IMG/VR virus record: IMGVR_UViG_3300045988_067228
Location: 1 to 51,498 of that record
Strand: one strand, 5' to 3'
Length of the DNA: 51,498 bases
DNA from: a virus
Under the pieces are notes generated by a model. That model saw only the letters and a program-made list of their open reading frames with translations. It was not told the origin of the DNA and did no database searches. Made by a program: the position numbers and the translations under genes. Of the stretch, positions 1 through 7,339 are shown one piece after another. How positions within the stretch are numbered: the first letter of the stretch is position 1; each line of letters opens with the position of its first letter.

Positions 1-55
1 AATGTGTAGATGGATTCTACTGCTGTATTGGGCCAGTTGGGCAAGAAAAGCACTA
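1..55. repeat. Terminal 55-bp direct repeat (identical to 51444-51498); circular closure or assembly overlap
   Basis: Read directly: aatgtgtagatgg...aaaagcacta occurs at both ends, and an ORF crosses the junction in frame. Confidence 0.95.
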
Positions 56-365
56 TATCATTCCAATGTATGCCTCTGCGTTCTATGGGATTGAGGTTGA
101 CCCCTCCACGGTCTGCGAGTGGACGGGGCTCATTGATAGGGACGGTACGAAGGTGTTTGAGGGGGACAGGCTGTTTGACCCACATGAAAAAAGAACTTTT
201 GTGGTGGAGTACGATCCACTTGAAGCCGGGTTCACCTTGGAAAGCAATGATGGACGGTATGTAGATTTTAACCGTGTGCCGTATAGTAAGATCATCGGCA
301 ACATCTACGACGGGGAGGGCGGACAGCATGAGGAGGTCGCCAGGGGTGCGGATGAAGTGCAATAA
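3..365 (+). CDS. YopX-domain protein, C-terminal part (continues 51401-51498 across the circular junction)
   Basis: Frame is continuous with ATG 51401. TGLIDRDGTKVFEGDRL ... KIIGNIYD matches the YopX signature. Confidence 0.85.
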   Translation, partial: CVDGFYCCIGPVGQEKHYIIPMYASAFYGIEVDPSTVCEWTGLIDRDGTKVFEGDRLFDPHEKRTFVVEYDPLEAGFTLESNDGRYVDFNRVPYSKIIGNIYDGEGGQHEEVARGADEVQ

Positions 366-531
366 AGACTGCATAGCCAATGTATGCGGAGAATGTGCCG
401 TCGAGAAATGCGAAGGACAGATTCAAAGGCTGGGTATGCGGAATAACAATGCGGAAACAGCGGCTTGGACTTATAAGATTGCCGTAGATTCATTCAAAGA
501 CTATTTTGGAAAGAAGGATGCCGACCAATGA
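352..531 (+). CDS. Small Cys-rich hypothetical protein (59 aa)
   Basis: ATG 352 overlaps the YopX stop. CIANVCGECAVEKCEG Cys cluster. ATGA coupling to the next gene. Confidence 0.5.
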   Translation: MKCNKDCIANVCGECAVEKCEGQIQRLGMRNNNAETAAWTYKIAVDSFKDYFGKKDADQ

Positions 532-836
532 ACGCCATCGAGAACCAAGTCCGGGAACTGGTAGCCGTAGAGCTTTCCGCCGCAAATGAACGGTTTCCGC
601 AGTTTCATTCCTGCCACGAAGGATACGCTGTGATATTGGAAGAACTGGAAGAGGCTAAAGCAGAACTGGAGGTAGCCGAGGCACAGACTAACAATCTGTG
701 GGAGCACATAAAGAGTAATTATGACGGGGCAGGATGTGCAGAAACGGTAATGAAGTTCGCTATCAACGCCGCCTGCGAAGCCATCCAGGTAGCGGCCATG
801 TGTCAGAAATTTTTGGAGATGGAAAATCGTGCGTAG
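528..836 (+). CDS. Hypothetical protein (102 aa, helical/acidic)
   Basis: ATGA translational coupling on both sides. No motif recognised. Confidence 0.6.
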   Translation: MNAIENQVRELVAVELSAANERFPQFHSCHEGYAVILEELEEAKAELEVAEAQTNNLWEHIKSNYDGAGCAETVMKFAINAACEAIQVAAMCQKFLEMENRA

Positions 837-1062
837 ATATCCTTTCCCCGGAGATATGTATTCTGATGCGCAATGGGAGTGGATATCGCTCAAACGCGCA
901 GAGGGGTACTCCATGCGGCAGCTATCAACTTTCTTGGGGCTTAACACAGATGCGATTTTAACGGCGTTGCGGGTTCGAGGATTAGCACCGCAGGAAAGAC
1001 CGACGGAGCCGCTTAACAGAGACGAGTTTAACGCATTGGCGGAGGTGGATGATGCCAGATAA
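829..1062 (+). CDS. Hypothetical protein with HTH-like segment (possible regulator)
   Basis: GTG start 6 nt after GGAGATGG. YSMRQLSTFLGLNTDAILTAL resembles a helix-turn-helix. Confidence 0.5.
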   Translation: MRRYPFPGDMYSDAQWEWISLKRAEGYSMRQLSTFLGLNTDAILTALRVRGLAPQERPTEPLNRDEFNALAEVDDAR

Positions 1063-1231
1063 TATTACAGCAGCTAGAATTTGCCCTAATTGCGGCAAAG
1101 AGGGAGTTGTTTATGGAAGTCATACGGTTATGGGAGGGAGAATAGAACGTCACAGGAAATGTCAATTTTGTGGAGAACGATGGGCCACAATTGAGAAGTA
1201 TTACCGGCCAATCAAAAAAATCATGGACTAG
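1049..1231 (+). CDS. Four-Cys zinc-ribbon protein (60 aa), candidate small DNA/RNA-binding regulator
   Basis: GGAGG upstream. CPNCG...(24 aa)...CQFCG, basic. Last gene before the packaging module. Confidence 0.6.
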   Translation: MMPDNITAARICPNCGKEGVVYGSHTVMGGRIERHRKCQFCGERWATIEKYYRPIKKIMD

Positions 1232-1234
1232 AGG

Positions 1235-1263
1235 TTGACAAATAGGATATCGAGATATATGAT
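1235..1263 (+). promoter_or_regulatory. Sigma-70-type promoter TTGACA-17-TATGAT upstream of terS
   Basis: TTGACA 1235-1240, 17-nt spacer, TATGAT 1258-1263, in an AT-rich intergenic region. Confidence 0.55.
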
Positions 1264-1479
1264 TAAATGGGATTTTATAAAAAATTTAAAAATGATAAAC
1301 AGTTATATGAAGGCTGTGTGAAAACATGGCAAAGAGAGTGAGAGAGGTTTTGGTTTGCGAAGGTAGGTGATTAAATGTTAAAAATCATGAAAGAACTCTG
1401 GGATAAAAACCAGGATAAGCTCAGAACAGAACTGTCCTCTGCAAAGACTTGATCTGCAACGCTATCAAACCTTACAACT

Positions 1480-2091
1480 ATGGATGGAGACATGATGATA
1501 GATTTGATGTCGTGGAGGAGGGTGACAACTCTGAACAAGAATGATGAGACTATGAACAAGGACGAGCTTGTGGAAGTGGGAAAACAGGCTGTTGCAAAAA
1601 AGCGCGGAAGTAAGTCTGCATCAGTAGCCGCAACGACTACGGCAAAGAAAGAAGAAATCTCCCAGGTTATCCAGGAGTCCTTCCAATATTTTAATCGTCC
1701 TATTGTTAAGAGCGACGAGGAATGTGCCGAAAGGCTCAACGACTATTTCAGACAGTGCAACAAAGATGGACAAATTCCGACTGTTGAGGATATGTGTCTC
1801 GCTCTTGGTACTGTAAGAAGAACAGTGTGGGACTGGGAAAATGGGACTGGGTGCAGTTCTGCGAGAACAAACATGATAAAAAAAGCGAAAGAAATTCTTG
1901 CTGGAATTGACGCAAAACTGGTATCAATGGGGAAAATTCCACAGGTTACTTACATTTTCCGGGCCAAGAACTTCTTTGGCATGAAAGACCAGCAAGACCT
2001 GGTTGTTACCCCTGCTATGCCTCTCGGCGACGCTCCCGACCAAAAGCAGCTCGAGGAACGGATCGCCGGGTCTGTGGTGGTGGAGGAGTAA
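1480..2091 (+). CDS. terS: Terminase small subunit
   Basis: DYFRQCNKDGQIPTVEDMCLALGTVRRTVWDWE is the HTH typical of phage small terminases. Start is uncertain (1480, 1492 or 1552). Confidence 0.7.
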   Translation: MDGDMMIDLMSWRRVTTLNKNDETMNKDELVEVGKQAVAKKRGSKSASVAATTTAKKEEISQVIQESFQYFNRPIVKSDEECAERLNDYFRQCNKDGQIPTVEDMCLALGTVRRTVWDWENGTGCSSARTNMIKKAKEILAGIDAKLVSMGKIPQVTYIFRAKNFFGMKDQQDLVVTPAMPLGDAPDQKQLEERIAGSVVVEE

Positions 2092-2192
2092 CGACTATGG
2101 AAACGACTATCGACTATGCCAGCGACTATGGTGGAGAGGCCAGCGACTATCAAACGACTATGGATGAAAATCCATCAGGGACTATCGACTAT
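2092..2192 (+). repeat. Eight same-orientation copies of the heptamer CGACTAT (one is GACTAT) within 101 bp
   Basis: Copies at 2092, 2104, 2111, 2123, 2144, 2155, 2180 and 2186, read directly. They fall in two different codon phases. Confidence 0.9.
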
Positions 2193-2438
2193 GACGGCCT
2201 CACGCGTGGGAAGCTGTGCCCGTTGAAAGCCACCAGGTCGCCTGTGCTGGGGTTTTGGAACCTTGACCCCGCGCCCGATCTGGCCGCAACGCTGAAGGCT
2301 AGCGTGATTAAGTGCCGGGCCGACGGGGAGCCGCCCCGCGTGGAGTATATCGGCGGTCGGTGTGACGGCTCCCGCTGCGCCTGGTGGGACGCTGGCAAAG
2401 CGCGCTGCGCCGTCCTCTCCCTGGCCCGCAACAAATAA
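2097..2438 (+). CDS. Hypothetical protein (113 aa; D-Y repeat N-terminus, Cys-rich C-terminus)
   Basis: GGAGGAG 9 nt upstream of ATG 2097. No family recognised. Confidence 0.5.
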   Translation: METTIDYASDYGGEASDYQTTMDENPSGTIDYDGLTRGKLCPLKATRSPVLGFWNLDPAPDLAATLKASVIKCRADGEPPRVEYIGGRCDGSRCAWWDAGKARCAVLSLARNK

Positions 2439-2443
2439 TAATA

Positions 2444-2482
2444 CCCCGGCTTGCTCCTGATGGAGTGGGCCGGGGTTGCTTT
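2444..2482 (+). terminator. Possible rho-independent terminator
   Basis: CCCCGGC 2444-2450 pairs with GCCGGGG 2469-2475, followed by TTGCTTT. The 18-nt loop is long. Confidence 0.4.
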
Positions 2483-2710
2483 ATGTCTTGTGTGGCGCTG
2501 TGCGGGCCGCTGTGGGACGTTTTGGCGAGTGGGAATATAGGGACACTACAGGACGACAAGGTCGCCTTGCGGGCCTGCAAATGGCCTTTACTGAGGCTTT
2601 GCGTTTTACCTCTCTCCTGCCCCGCTGGATACGGGCGCAAAAATGCCGCCTGCTGACCATATGAGGCCACACAAGCGGCGGGAAGCTACTGGAGGGCATA
2701 GGGACATGAG

Positions 2711-2747
2711 CAAAAGAAAGCCCGCCCTAGGAAGCTCCAGGGCGGGC
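2711..2747 (-). terminator. Rho-independent terminator of the leftward cassette
   Basis: GCCCGCCCT 2720-2728 pairs with AGGGCGGGC 2739-2747. A U-run follows on the minus strand (plus caaaagaaa 2711-2719). Confidence 0.7.
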
Positions 2748-2754
2748 GGTGGTA

Positions 2755-3087
2755 TTATGCTAATATCTCAATTACAATCGGGTCATGTATGACGATCTCC
2801 CCGGCGTCCTCGCCGTAGTCCCACGCGTTGCCAGCAATGACGGCCACATAATCGCCATAATAGTAGCCGTGGCGCTGCGCCGCGTCGATGGAGTCCCAAC
2901 GCATAGCAGACACGCCGGGCAGCTCCTCGCCGGTATCGTCTCCGTTGTCCCAGACGTGGGAGCGGTGGGCCATAGGGCCGGGAGCAAATGGAACGTCTTG
3001 GACGCGGACGCCCACGGCCTCATAGTCATATAATGCGCTGGAGGCTATATCCTCAACGCGCCGGATCATATCGGGGGCTAGTCTCAT
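2755..3087 (-). CDS. Hypothetical acidic protein (110 aa)
   Basis: ATG 3087 preceded by AAGAGGTG. Long ORF with a terminator downstream. Family not recognised. Confidence 0.6.
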   Translation of the reverse strand: MRLAPDMIRRVEDIASSALYDYEAVGVRVQDVPFAPGPMAHRSHVWDNGDDTGEELPGVSAMRWDSIDAAQRHGYYYGDYVAVIAGNAWDYGEDAGEIVIHDPIVIEILA

Positions 3088-3228
3088 GTATAACACCTCT
3101 TGTTGATTGTATCGCGCCCATGCAGACCCGTCAAGATTTCTTTGCGAGCTCCCATATCACCATGAGCGGGAGAAGGATAATAAACAGGATAATCAAGCGG
3201 GGGTCACCTCCATTCTCCAGCGGGCGGG

Positions 3229-3456
3229 TCATGCCCGGTAAATAATCAAAAAGTCGTTGTAGTGGTTGTGATTGAGTTTTACGGGGTAGGCGGACCAAAC
3301 TTCCGACCGCTTGCCAGTCATCCCGTAAAAACCGCGCACATGGTCAAGCTGTGCCGGGGTCAGGCTGTCAGCCCATGCGGAGCCGATAAAGCCAACGGCC
3401 AAATATTCCGATGTCAGGTCTGCGATGGTAAATCGCCCTGCAATATCGGTTGTCAT
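3229..3456 (-). CDS. Hypothetical protein (75 aa)
   Basis: AAGGAGG SD upstream of ATG 3456. Tightly packed with its neighbours. Confidence 0.6.
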   Translation of the reverse strand: MTTDIAGRFTIADLTSEYLAVGFIGSAWADSLTPAQLDHVRGFYGMTGKRSEVWSAYPVKLNHNHYNDFLIIYRA

Positions 3457-3459
3457 TTC

Positions 3460-3645
3460 TTACGCCTCCTTCATCCAGCTAATGCGGTAAGGGTCCTCGT
3501 ATCGTCTGCAATCCCGCGCCCATAATTTTTCTTTGTCTAATAGGTGGTTTGCCGTGATGTAATAGGGCTTTCCGGTTTCCTCGTCCTTGTAATATAGCTT
3601 GTATTCGCTGGCGGCCTTGTCAAATACAATGCTTACAAGTTTCAT
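3460..3645 (-). CDS. Hypothetical protein (61 aa)
   Basis: GGAGG 8 nt upstream of ATG 3645 (MKLVSIVF...). Confidence 0.55.
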   Translation of the reverse strand: MKLVSIVFDKAASEYKLYYKDEETGKPYYITANHLLDKEKLWARDCRRYEDPYRISWMKEA

Positions 3646-3660
3646 TGTGCGGACCTCCAT

Positions 3661-4428
3661 TCAGTAAAGTTCGGCGCTCTGCTTGCTATATTCGCGCCGT
3701 GCGGCCATGTATGCGTCCCGCTGTACGTCGCTAAAGTTGCAGGCGGCGAAAAGCGCGTTTATATCGTCGATATCGGACACGCTGGAGCAGTTACCGAAAC
3801 AAGAGCACACGTCAAAATCAGCTTGCCAGTTTATACCGTATTCGTGATTAAACATCTCGCGGAGAAATGCGTTTTTCCAGTATTCCGCGTTGTCGCTTTC
3901 GGGTTCTGCCGTTTCAAGCATGGCAAGCAATTCTTCTCCGCTATTCACAAAATCAGTGTCTTTTTTGTCGTAGAATGCAAGGAAAACGGGGCTAAAAATC
4001 ATTTTTTCGGTTTTCCTTCTCAGTTTTTCCCGCTCCTTATCGGGGCCACAGAAAAACATGGAAATATGATCCCGGCGCAGTCCGTAGTAATTGCGAATGT
4101 AGTATTCTTTCGCTTGCTTGTCCTGGTAGTCACTTACGGTTTCCATTTCGTCGGCTGTAAATAGTTTCCGGCTGAGGCTGCTAAGGTAAAATTCCTGGAG
4201 TTCGTCGCGGCTCTTGTCCTTATGGTGCAACTCATAATCATTTGCATATTTGATGTGGTGGCCGTCTGCGAACACAAGCACGGAATATCCGAAATAGCCG
4301 CCAAAGTCCACAAAATAGACTTGATGCCCCTTGACGGAGGCGGTCTCAATAGCCATTGCTGCGGCTTGCTCCTCTGTCAACGCTTCAATATCGCGGATCG
4401 TGTATTCTTTCGTTGCAGTGTTTTTCAT
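3661..4428 (-). CDS. Conserved hypothetical protein (255 aa), function unknown
   Basis: GGAGGAAAAC SD. Long clean ORF (YTIRDIEALTEEQ...FVDFGGYFGYSVLVF...). Confidence 0.75.
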   Translation of the reverse strand: MKNTATKEYTIRDIEALTEEQAAAMAIETASVKGHQVYFVDFGGYFGYSVLVFADGHHIKYANDYELHHKDKSRDELQEFYLSSLSRKLFTADEMETVSDYQDKQAKEYYIRNYYGLRRDHISMFFCGPDKEREKLRRKTEKMIFSPVFLAFYDKKDTDFVNSGEELLAMLETAEPESDNAEYWKNAFLREMFNHEYGINWQADFDVCSCFGNCSSVSDIDDINALFAACNFSDVQRDAYMAARREYSKQSAELY

Positions 4429-4442
4429 TTATGTTTTCCTCC

Positions 4443-4471
4443 TTGTCATGGAGGGCGGCCCGTGGTATAAT
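4443..4471 (+). promoter_or_regulatory. Near-consensus promoter TTGTCA-17-TATAAT with extended -10 (TGgTATAAT)
   Basis: TTGTCA 4443-4448, 17-nt spacer, TATAAT 4466-4471, TG at 4463-4464. Confidence 0.6.
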
Positions 4472-4477
4472 GGGCGT

Positions 4478-4552
4478 GCCCTGGTTCTGTGGTAGGTTCT
4501 GGGGTTCTTTTGCCCTGGTCACTATTGCGAGTAGTGGCCGGGGCTTTTATTT
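4478..4552 (+). ncRNA. Candidate ~75-nt small RNA, antisense to the intercistronic region of the leftward cassette
   Basis: Promoter 4443-4471. A 12-bp terminator stem (4512-4523/4533-4544) has 2 G.U pairs that work only in the plus-strand RNA, followed by UUUUAUUU. Confidence 0.45.
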
Positions 4553-4678
4553 GTCAATGATGTAGTACGGAGTTACTTTCCCGTCGGTTGCTTTGGCCGT
4601 ATTCTTAGCGGCCTCCTCTGTGGCGTACCATCCAATGGTAACGCCGTCTTTTTGCACTGCGTATATATCGGGCTGCAT
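4547..4678 (-). CDS. Small hypothetical protein (43 aa), not in the ORF track
   Basis: GGGAGGAAAAAGA then ATG at 4678. MQPDIYAVQKDGVTIGWYATEEAAKNTAK... First gene of the leftward operon. Confidence 0.5.
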   Translation of the reverse strand: MQPDIYAVQKDGVTIGWYATEEAAKNTAKATDGKVTPYYIIDK

Positions 4679-4725
4679 TCTTTTTCCTCCCGGCCTGTGG
4701 CCTGTATTGTTTGGGTTCTGATGCC

Positions 4726-4754
4726 AGTATAATTCAACGTTTGTTATATGTCAA
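4726..4754 (-). promoter_or_regulatory. Leftward promoter TTGACA-17-TATACT
   Basis: On the minus strand: TTGACA (plus 4749-4754), 17-nt spacer, TATACT (plus 4726-4731). Confidence 0.6.
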
Positions 4755-4959
4755 GATTAATTTTATAATTTTGTTATATTTTTTTCTACATTAAATGCAC
4801 TAATTGTTGCAACAAATATTCTTTTTGTTCAATTTTGCTTTGCGGTACTTCTTAATATCATATATAAGGGGCATCGCTAACCGGACACCCCCGGGGGATA
4901 GGCCGGAGCCGTCGTCCCCCTACCTCAGCCACTCTACCACCGAAAATAACAAAAAGCCC

Positions 4960-4988
4960 TTGACAATTCAACAAACGTTGATTATAAT
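4960..4988 (+). promoter_or_regulatory. Consensus rightward promoter TTGACA-17-TATAAT
   Basis: TTGACA 4960-4965, TATAAT 4983-4988. The spacer shares the 12-mer AACAAACGTTGA with the leftward promoter spacer. Confidence 0.75.
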
Positions 4989-5023
4989 GTAATTGTAAGA
5001 TAAAATTCAACGGGGGTTATAAT

Positions 5024-5290
5024 ATGGGATGGAAAACACTTGGGCTAAAGGAAGCAATAAAAGAAATGTTGCATGACAGCGGGATGACGCAGAAGGGCGT
5101 GTGTGAAGCTGCTGGGTATAAGTCTGTTGGGAGTGTTGCACAGCCATTAGCGAGAGGTGACATTAAGATTTCGACATTGTTAAGATTGGCTGATGCAGCT
5201 GGATTTGACATTGTGCTTGTACAGAGGAGCAATTTAGAAGGGTATAGTCCAATTAAAATTAAGCCGAACGATAAAAAAGAAGAATCCTAA
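5024..5290 (+). CDS. Small HTH (XRE/Cro-like) regulator of the accessory island
   Basis: MTQKGVCEAAGYKSVGSVAQPLARGDIKISTLLRLADAAGFDIVLV is an HTH pattern. It is directly downstream of the consensus promoter. Confidence 0.65.
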   Translation: MGWKTLGLKEAIKEMLHDSGMTQKGVCEAAGYKSVGSVAQPLARGDIKISTLLRLADAAGFDIVLVQRSNLEGYSPIKIKPNDKKEES

Positions 5291-5325
5291 AAATCCGCGC
5301 AAAACAAAAAAGGAGATGATGCTCC

Positions 5326-6156
5326 TTGGAAGTAAGGAAGGATTTAACAGGGCAACGGTTTGGCCGATTGGTCGCTATCCGACCCGTCAGAAAGCGGGCG
5401 AATGATGACCGGCATACAATGTGGTTCTGCAAGTGCGATTGTGGTAGTGTAGCGGTTATTTCTACAAATAATTTAATACAGCAGACGGTTTCCTGCGGAT
5501 GTGTGTCAAGAGGGCCAAAGATAGATGATACGGTTAGGGCGGTTTGTCCTGGATGTGGGGAAAAGTTTGATATTGAATTGAACGGACAAAAAACTCCACA
5601 ATTCTGTCCCGATTGCTCAAGAATATATACAGGTAATAGCTGGAAGGTATGTCCTGTTTGCAGAAAACTATTCAAATCGTTTCCGAGCGCAAAAAAGACG
5701 ACGTGTTCGGAAGACTGCAGCAAAAAATGGGGGAATTATATAAGAACCGGGAGAAGGTTCAAGTGGAGTGAAAAGTCAAAGAAAGCGGCGCGAGAAAGCG
5801 GGCTTTGGGACGATATGGACGAGGCTGCGGCGCGGGCGAGGGCACGGAAAGTTGGAGACCCCAGGTTTGAGCGGACAGAAGAAAACATAACATCAAAAAT
5901 ATGGGTTCTTGTAGATCCATCTGGGAATGAACATATAGTTCGGAATTTGAAGCTATGGGCAAGCGAAAATTATGAAAAGTTTGGGAAGGATGACTCTGAA
6001 AGGTCTATCAAACAAATAGCGCAAGGGTTTTATATGATTGCATTATCGTTAAGAGGGAAGAAAGCACCTCCAAGACTAACATACTTTGGTTGGACATTGA
6101 AGGATTTGCCAAGAGAGCTGGAGGATGATAAAGATGGACTGGATCAAATGCACTGA
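5326..6156 (+). CDS. Cys-rich multi-zinc-ribbon DNA-binding-like protein (276 aa)
   Basis: TTG start after AGGAG. LTGQRFGRLVAI...WFCKCDCG...SCGC plus CPGCG/CPDC/CPVC ribbons. Homing-endonuclease-associated architecture is suspected. Confidence 0.6.
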   Translation: MEVRKDLTGQRFGRLVAIRPVRKRANDDRHTMWFCKCDCGSVAVISTNNLIQQTVSCGCVSRGPKIDDTVRAVCPGCGEKFDIELNGQKTPQFCPDCSRIYTGNSWKVCPVCRKLFKSFPSAKKTTCSEDCSKKWGNYIRTGRRFKWSEKSKKAARESGLWDDMDEAAARARARKVGDPRFERTEENITSKIWVLVDPSGNEHIVRNLKLWASENYEKFGKDDSERSIKQIAQGFYMIALSLRGKKAPPRLTYFGWTLKDLPRELEDDKDGLDQMH

Positions 6157-6382
6157 TAGGATGCCACCAGACATGGAGCCGGTGATGGTGACAGCCTTTC
6201 ATAGAGGATTTGTTGTAGACGCAGAACCCGGTGAAAAATTTGTGTCTCACGATGTAAGGTGGAATGAAAAATTGCAGGCGTGGGAAGTACAAGAGTGGAA
6301 TATTTGCGAAATGGAATGGACGACATGGCATGATTTAGAGGTTACTAACTGGATGCCATACCCTGAACCGGCGGAGGATTGA
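6134..6382 (+). CDS. DUF551-like phage protein
   Basis: MDWIKCTDRMPP...VMV...NWMPYPEP is the typical DUF551 pattern. GGAGG 9 nt upstream of ATG 6134. Confidence 0.7.
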   Translation: MDWIKCTDRMPPDMEPVMVTAFHRGFVVDAEPGEKFVSHDVRWNEKLQAWEVQEWNICEMEWTTWHDLEVTNWMPYPEPAED

Positions 6383-6386
6383 TGAT

Positions 6387-6569
6387 ATGCACAAACTGAC
6401 GAACAAGCAGTACGAGGAATACATGAAGATGATCCGGGATAAGGAAGAAGGGCGACTGCTCACCCCTGATGGCTTACGGATGATATGTTCGGCAAACAAG
6501 TATGACCCGGAGAAGATAGGGCTTCACATGCTGGCGGTGTTGGCGAATTGGAATAAGGTGGATGTATAG
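6387..6569 (+). CDS. Hypothetical protein (60 aa)
   Basis: ORF with GGAGGATTGATGAT upstream. No motif recognised. Confidence 0.5.
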   Translation: MHKLTNKQYEEYMKMIRDKEEGRLLTPDGLRMICSANKYDPEKIGLHMLAVLANWNKVDV

Positions 6570-6577
6570 GAGGTAAA

Positions 6578-7312
6578 ATGAGAGAAGTTGCAGGGGAATA
6601 TAATACCGCTAAGATTTTTACAGATGTTGTTGACGATGCTTCCATTGCACAGGTTAAGGAATTGTGCGATCAAGAGTTTTGCACTGGAAGTAGAATTAGA
6701 CTGATGCCTGATATTCATGCTGGAGCTGGATGTACTGTTGGGACTACAATGACAATCAAGGATAAGGTTGTGCCAAACCTTGTCGGGGTTGACATTGGCT
6801 GCGGAATGGAAACCGCTAAAATCAAAGAATCCAATCTTGATATGGAACGGCTTGACAATGTTATTCGAGAGAATATACCGGCAGGGTTTGAAATAAGGTA
6901 CAATGCACACAGGTATTTTGACCGAGTAGATTTATCGGCTTTGCGCTGTGCGGATAAAGTTGACTTAGAAAGAGCGAAAAAAAGCGTCGGGACATTGGGC
7001 GGCGGCAACCACTTCATCGAAGTTGACCGGGATGAACAAGGGCGACTCTACATCGTAGTTCATTCTGGCAGTAGGCACTTGGGATTGGAAGTTGCAAAGT
7101 ATTATCAAGAGGCTGGATACAAAAAATTATCCGACAAAAACGATGGCCTTGAAAAACTAATAGAAGAATTAAAAGCTGCTGGTAGACAGAGCGAAATCCA
7201 ACAGGAAATCAAAAGATACAAGTCTGAATATAAATGCGATATTCCTAAGACGCTTGCCTATGTTGACGGGGCTTTATTTGATGACTACATTCACGACATG
7301 AAAATAGTCTAA
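6578..7312 (+). CDS. rtcB: RtcB RNA ligase, N-terminal 244 codons, ending at an in-frame TAA (7310-7312)
   Basis: LMPDIHAGAGCTVG, GTLGGGNHFIEV and VHSGSRHLG are RtcB motifs. The same frame continues after the stop. Confidence 0.85.
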   Translation: MREVAGEYNTAKIFTDVVDDASIAQVKELCDQEFCTGSRIRLMPDIHAGAGCTVGTTMTIKDKVVPNLVGVDIGCGMETAKIKESNLDMERLDNVIRENIPAGFEIRYNAHRYFDRVDLSALRCADKVDLERAKKSVGTLGGGNHFIEVDRDEQGRLYIVVHSGSRHLGLEVAKYYQEAGYKKLSDKNDGLEKLIEELKAAGRQSEIQQEIKRYKSEYKCDIPKTLAYVDGALFDDYIHDMKIV

Positions 7313-7339
7313 AGGTTTGCTGAAATTAACAGGCAGGCT

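Noticed and set aside
2308-2699. Several overlapping ORFs on both strands (2308-2670 -, 2384-2656 +, 2476-2664 +, 2481-2699 -) in the GC-rich segment after ORF 2097-2438
   Set aside because: They are mutually overlapping, Arg/Pro/Ala-rich and lack SDs, which is typical of random ORFs in GC-rich DNA. I leave 2440-2710 unannotated. It could be a decayed gene or non-coding.
4804-4992. 62-aa plus-strand ORF between the divergent island promoters, and the palindromic CCCCCGGGGG region (4880-4950) examined as a possible tRNA or sRNA
   Set aside because: The ORF has no SD and runs through the promoter. No acceptor-stem pairing or T-loop was found on either strand, and no promoter/terminator pair brackets it.
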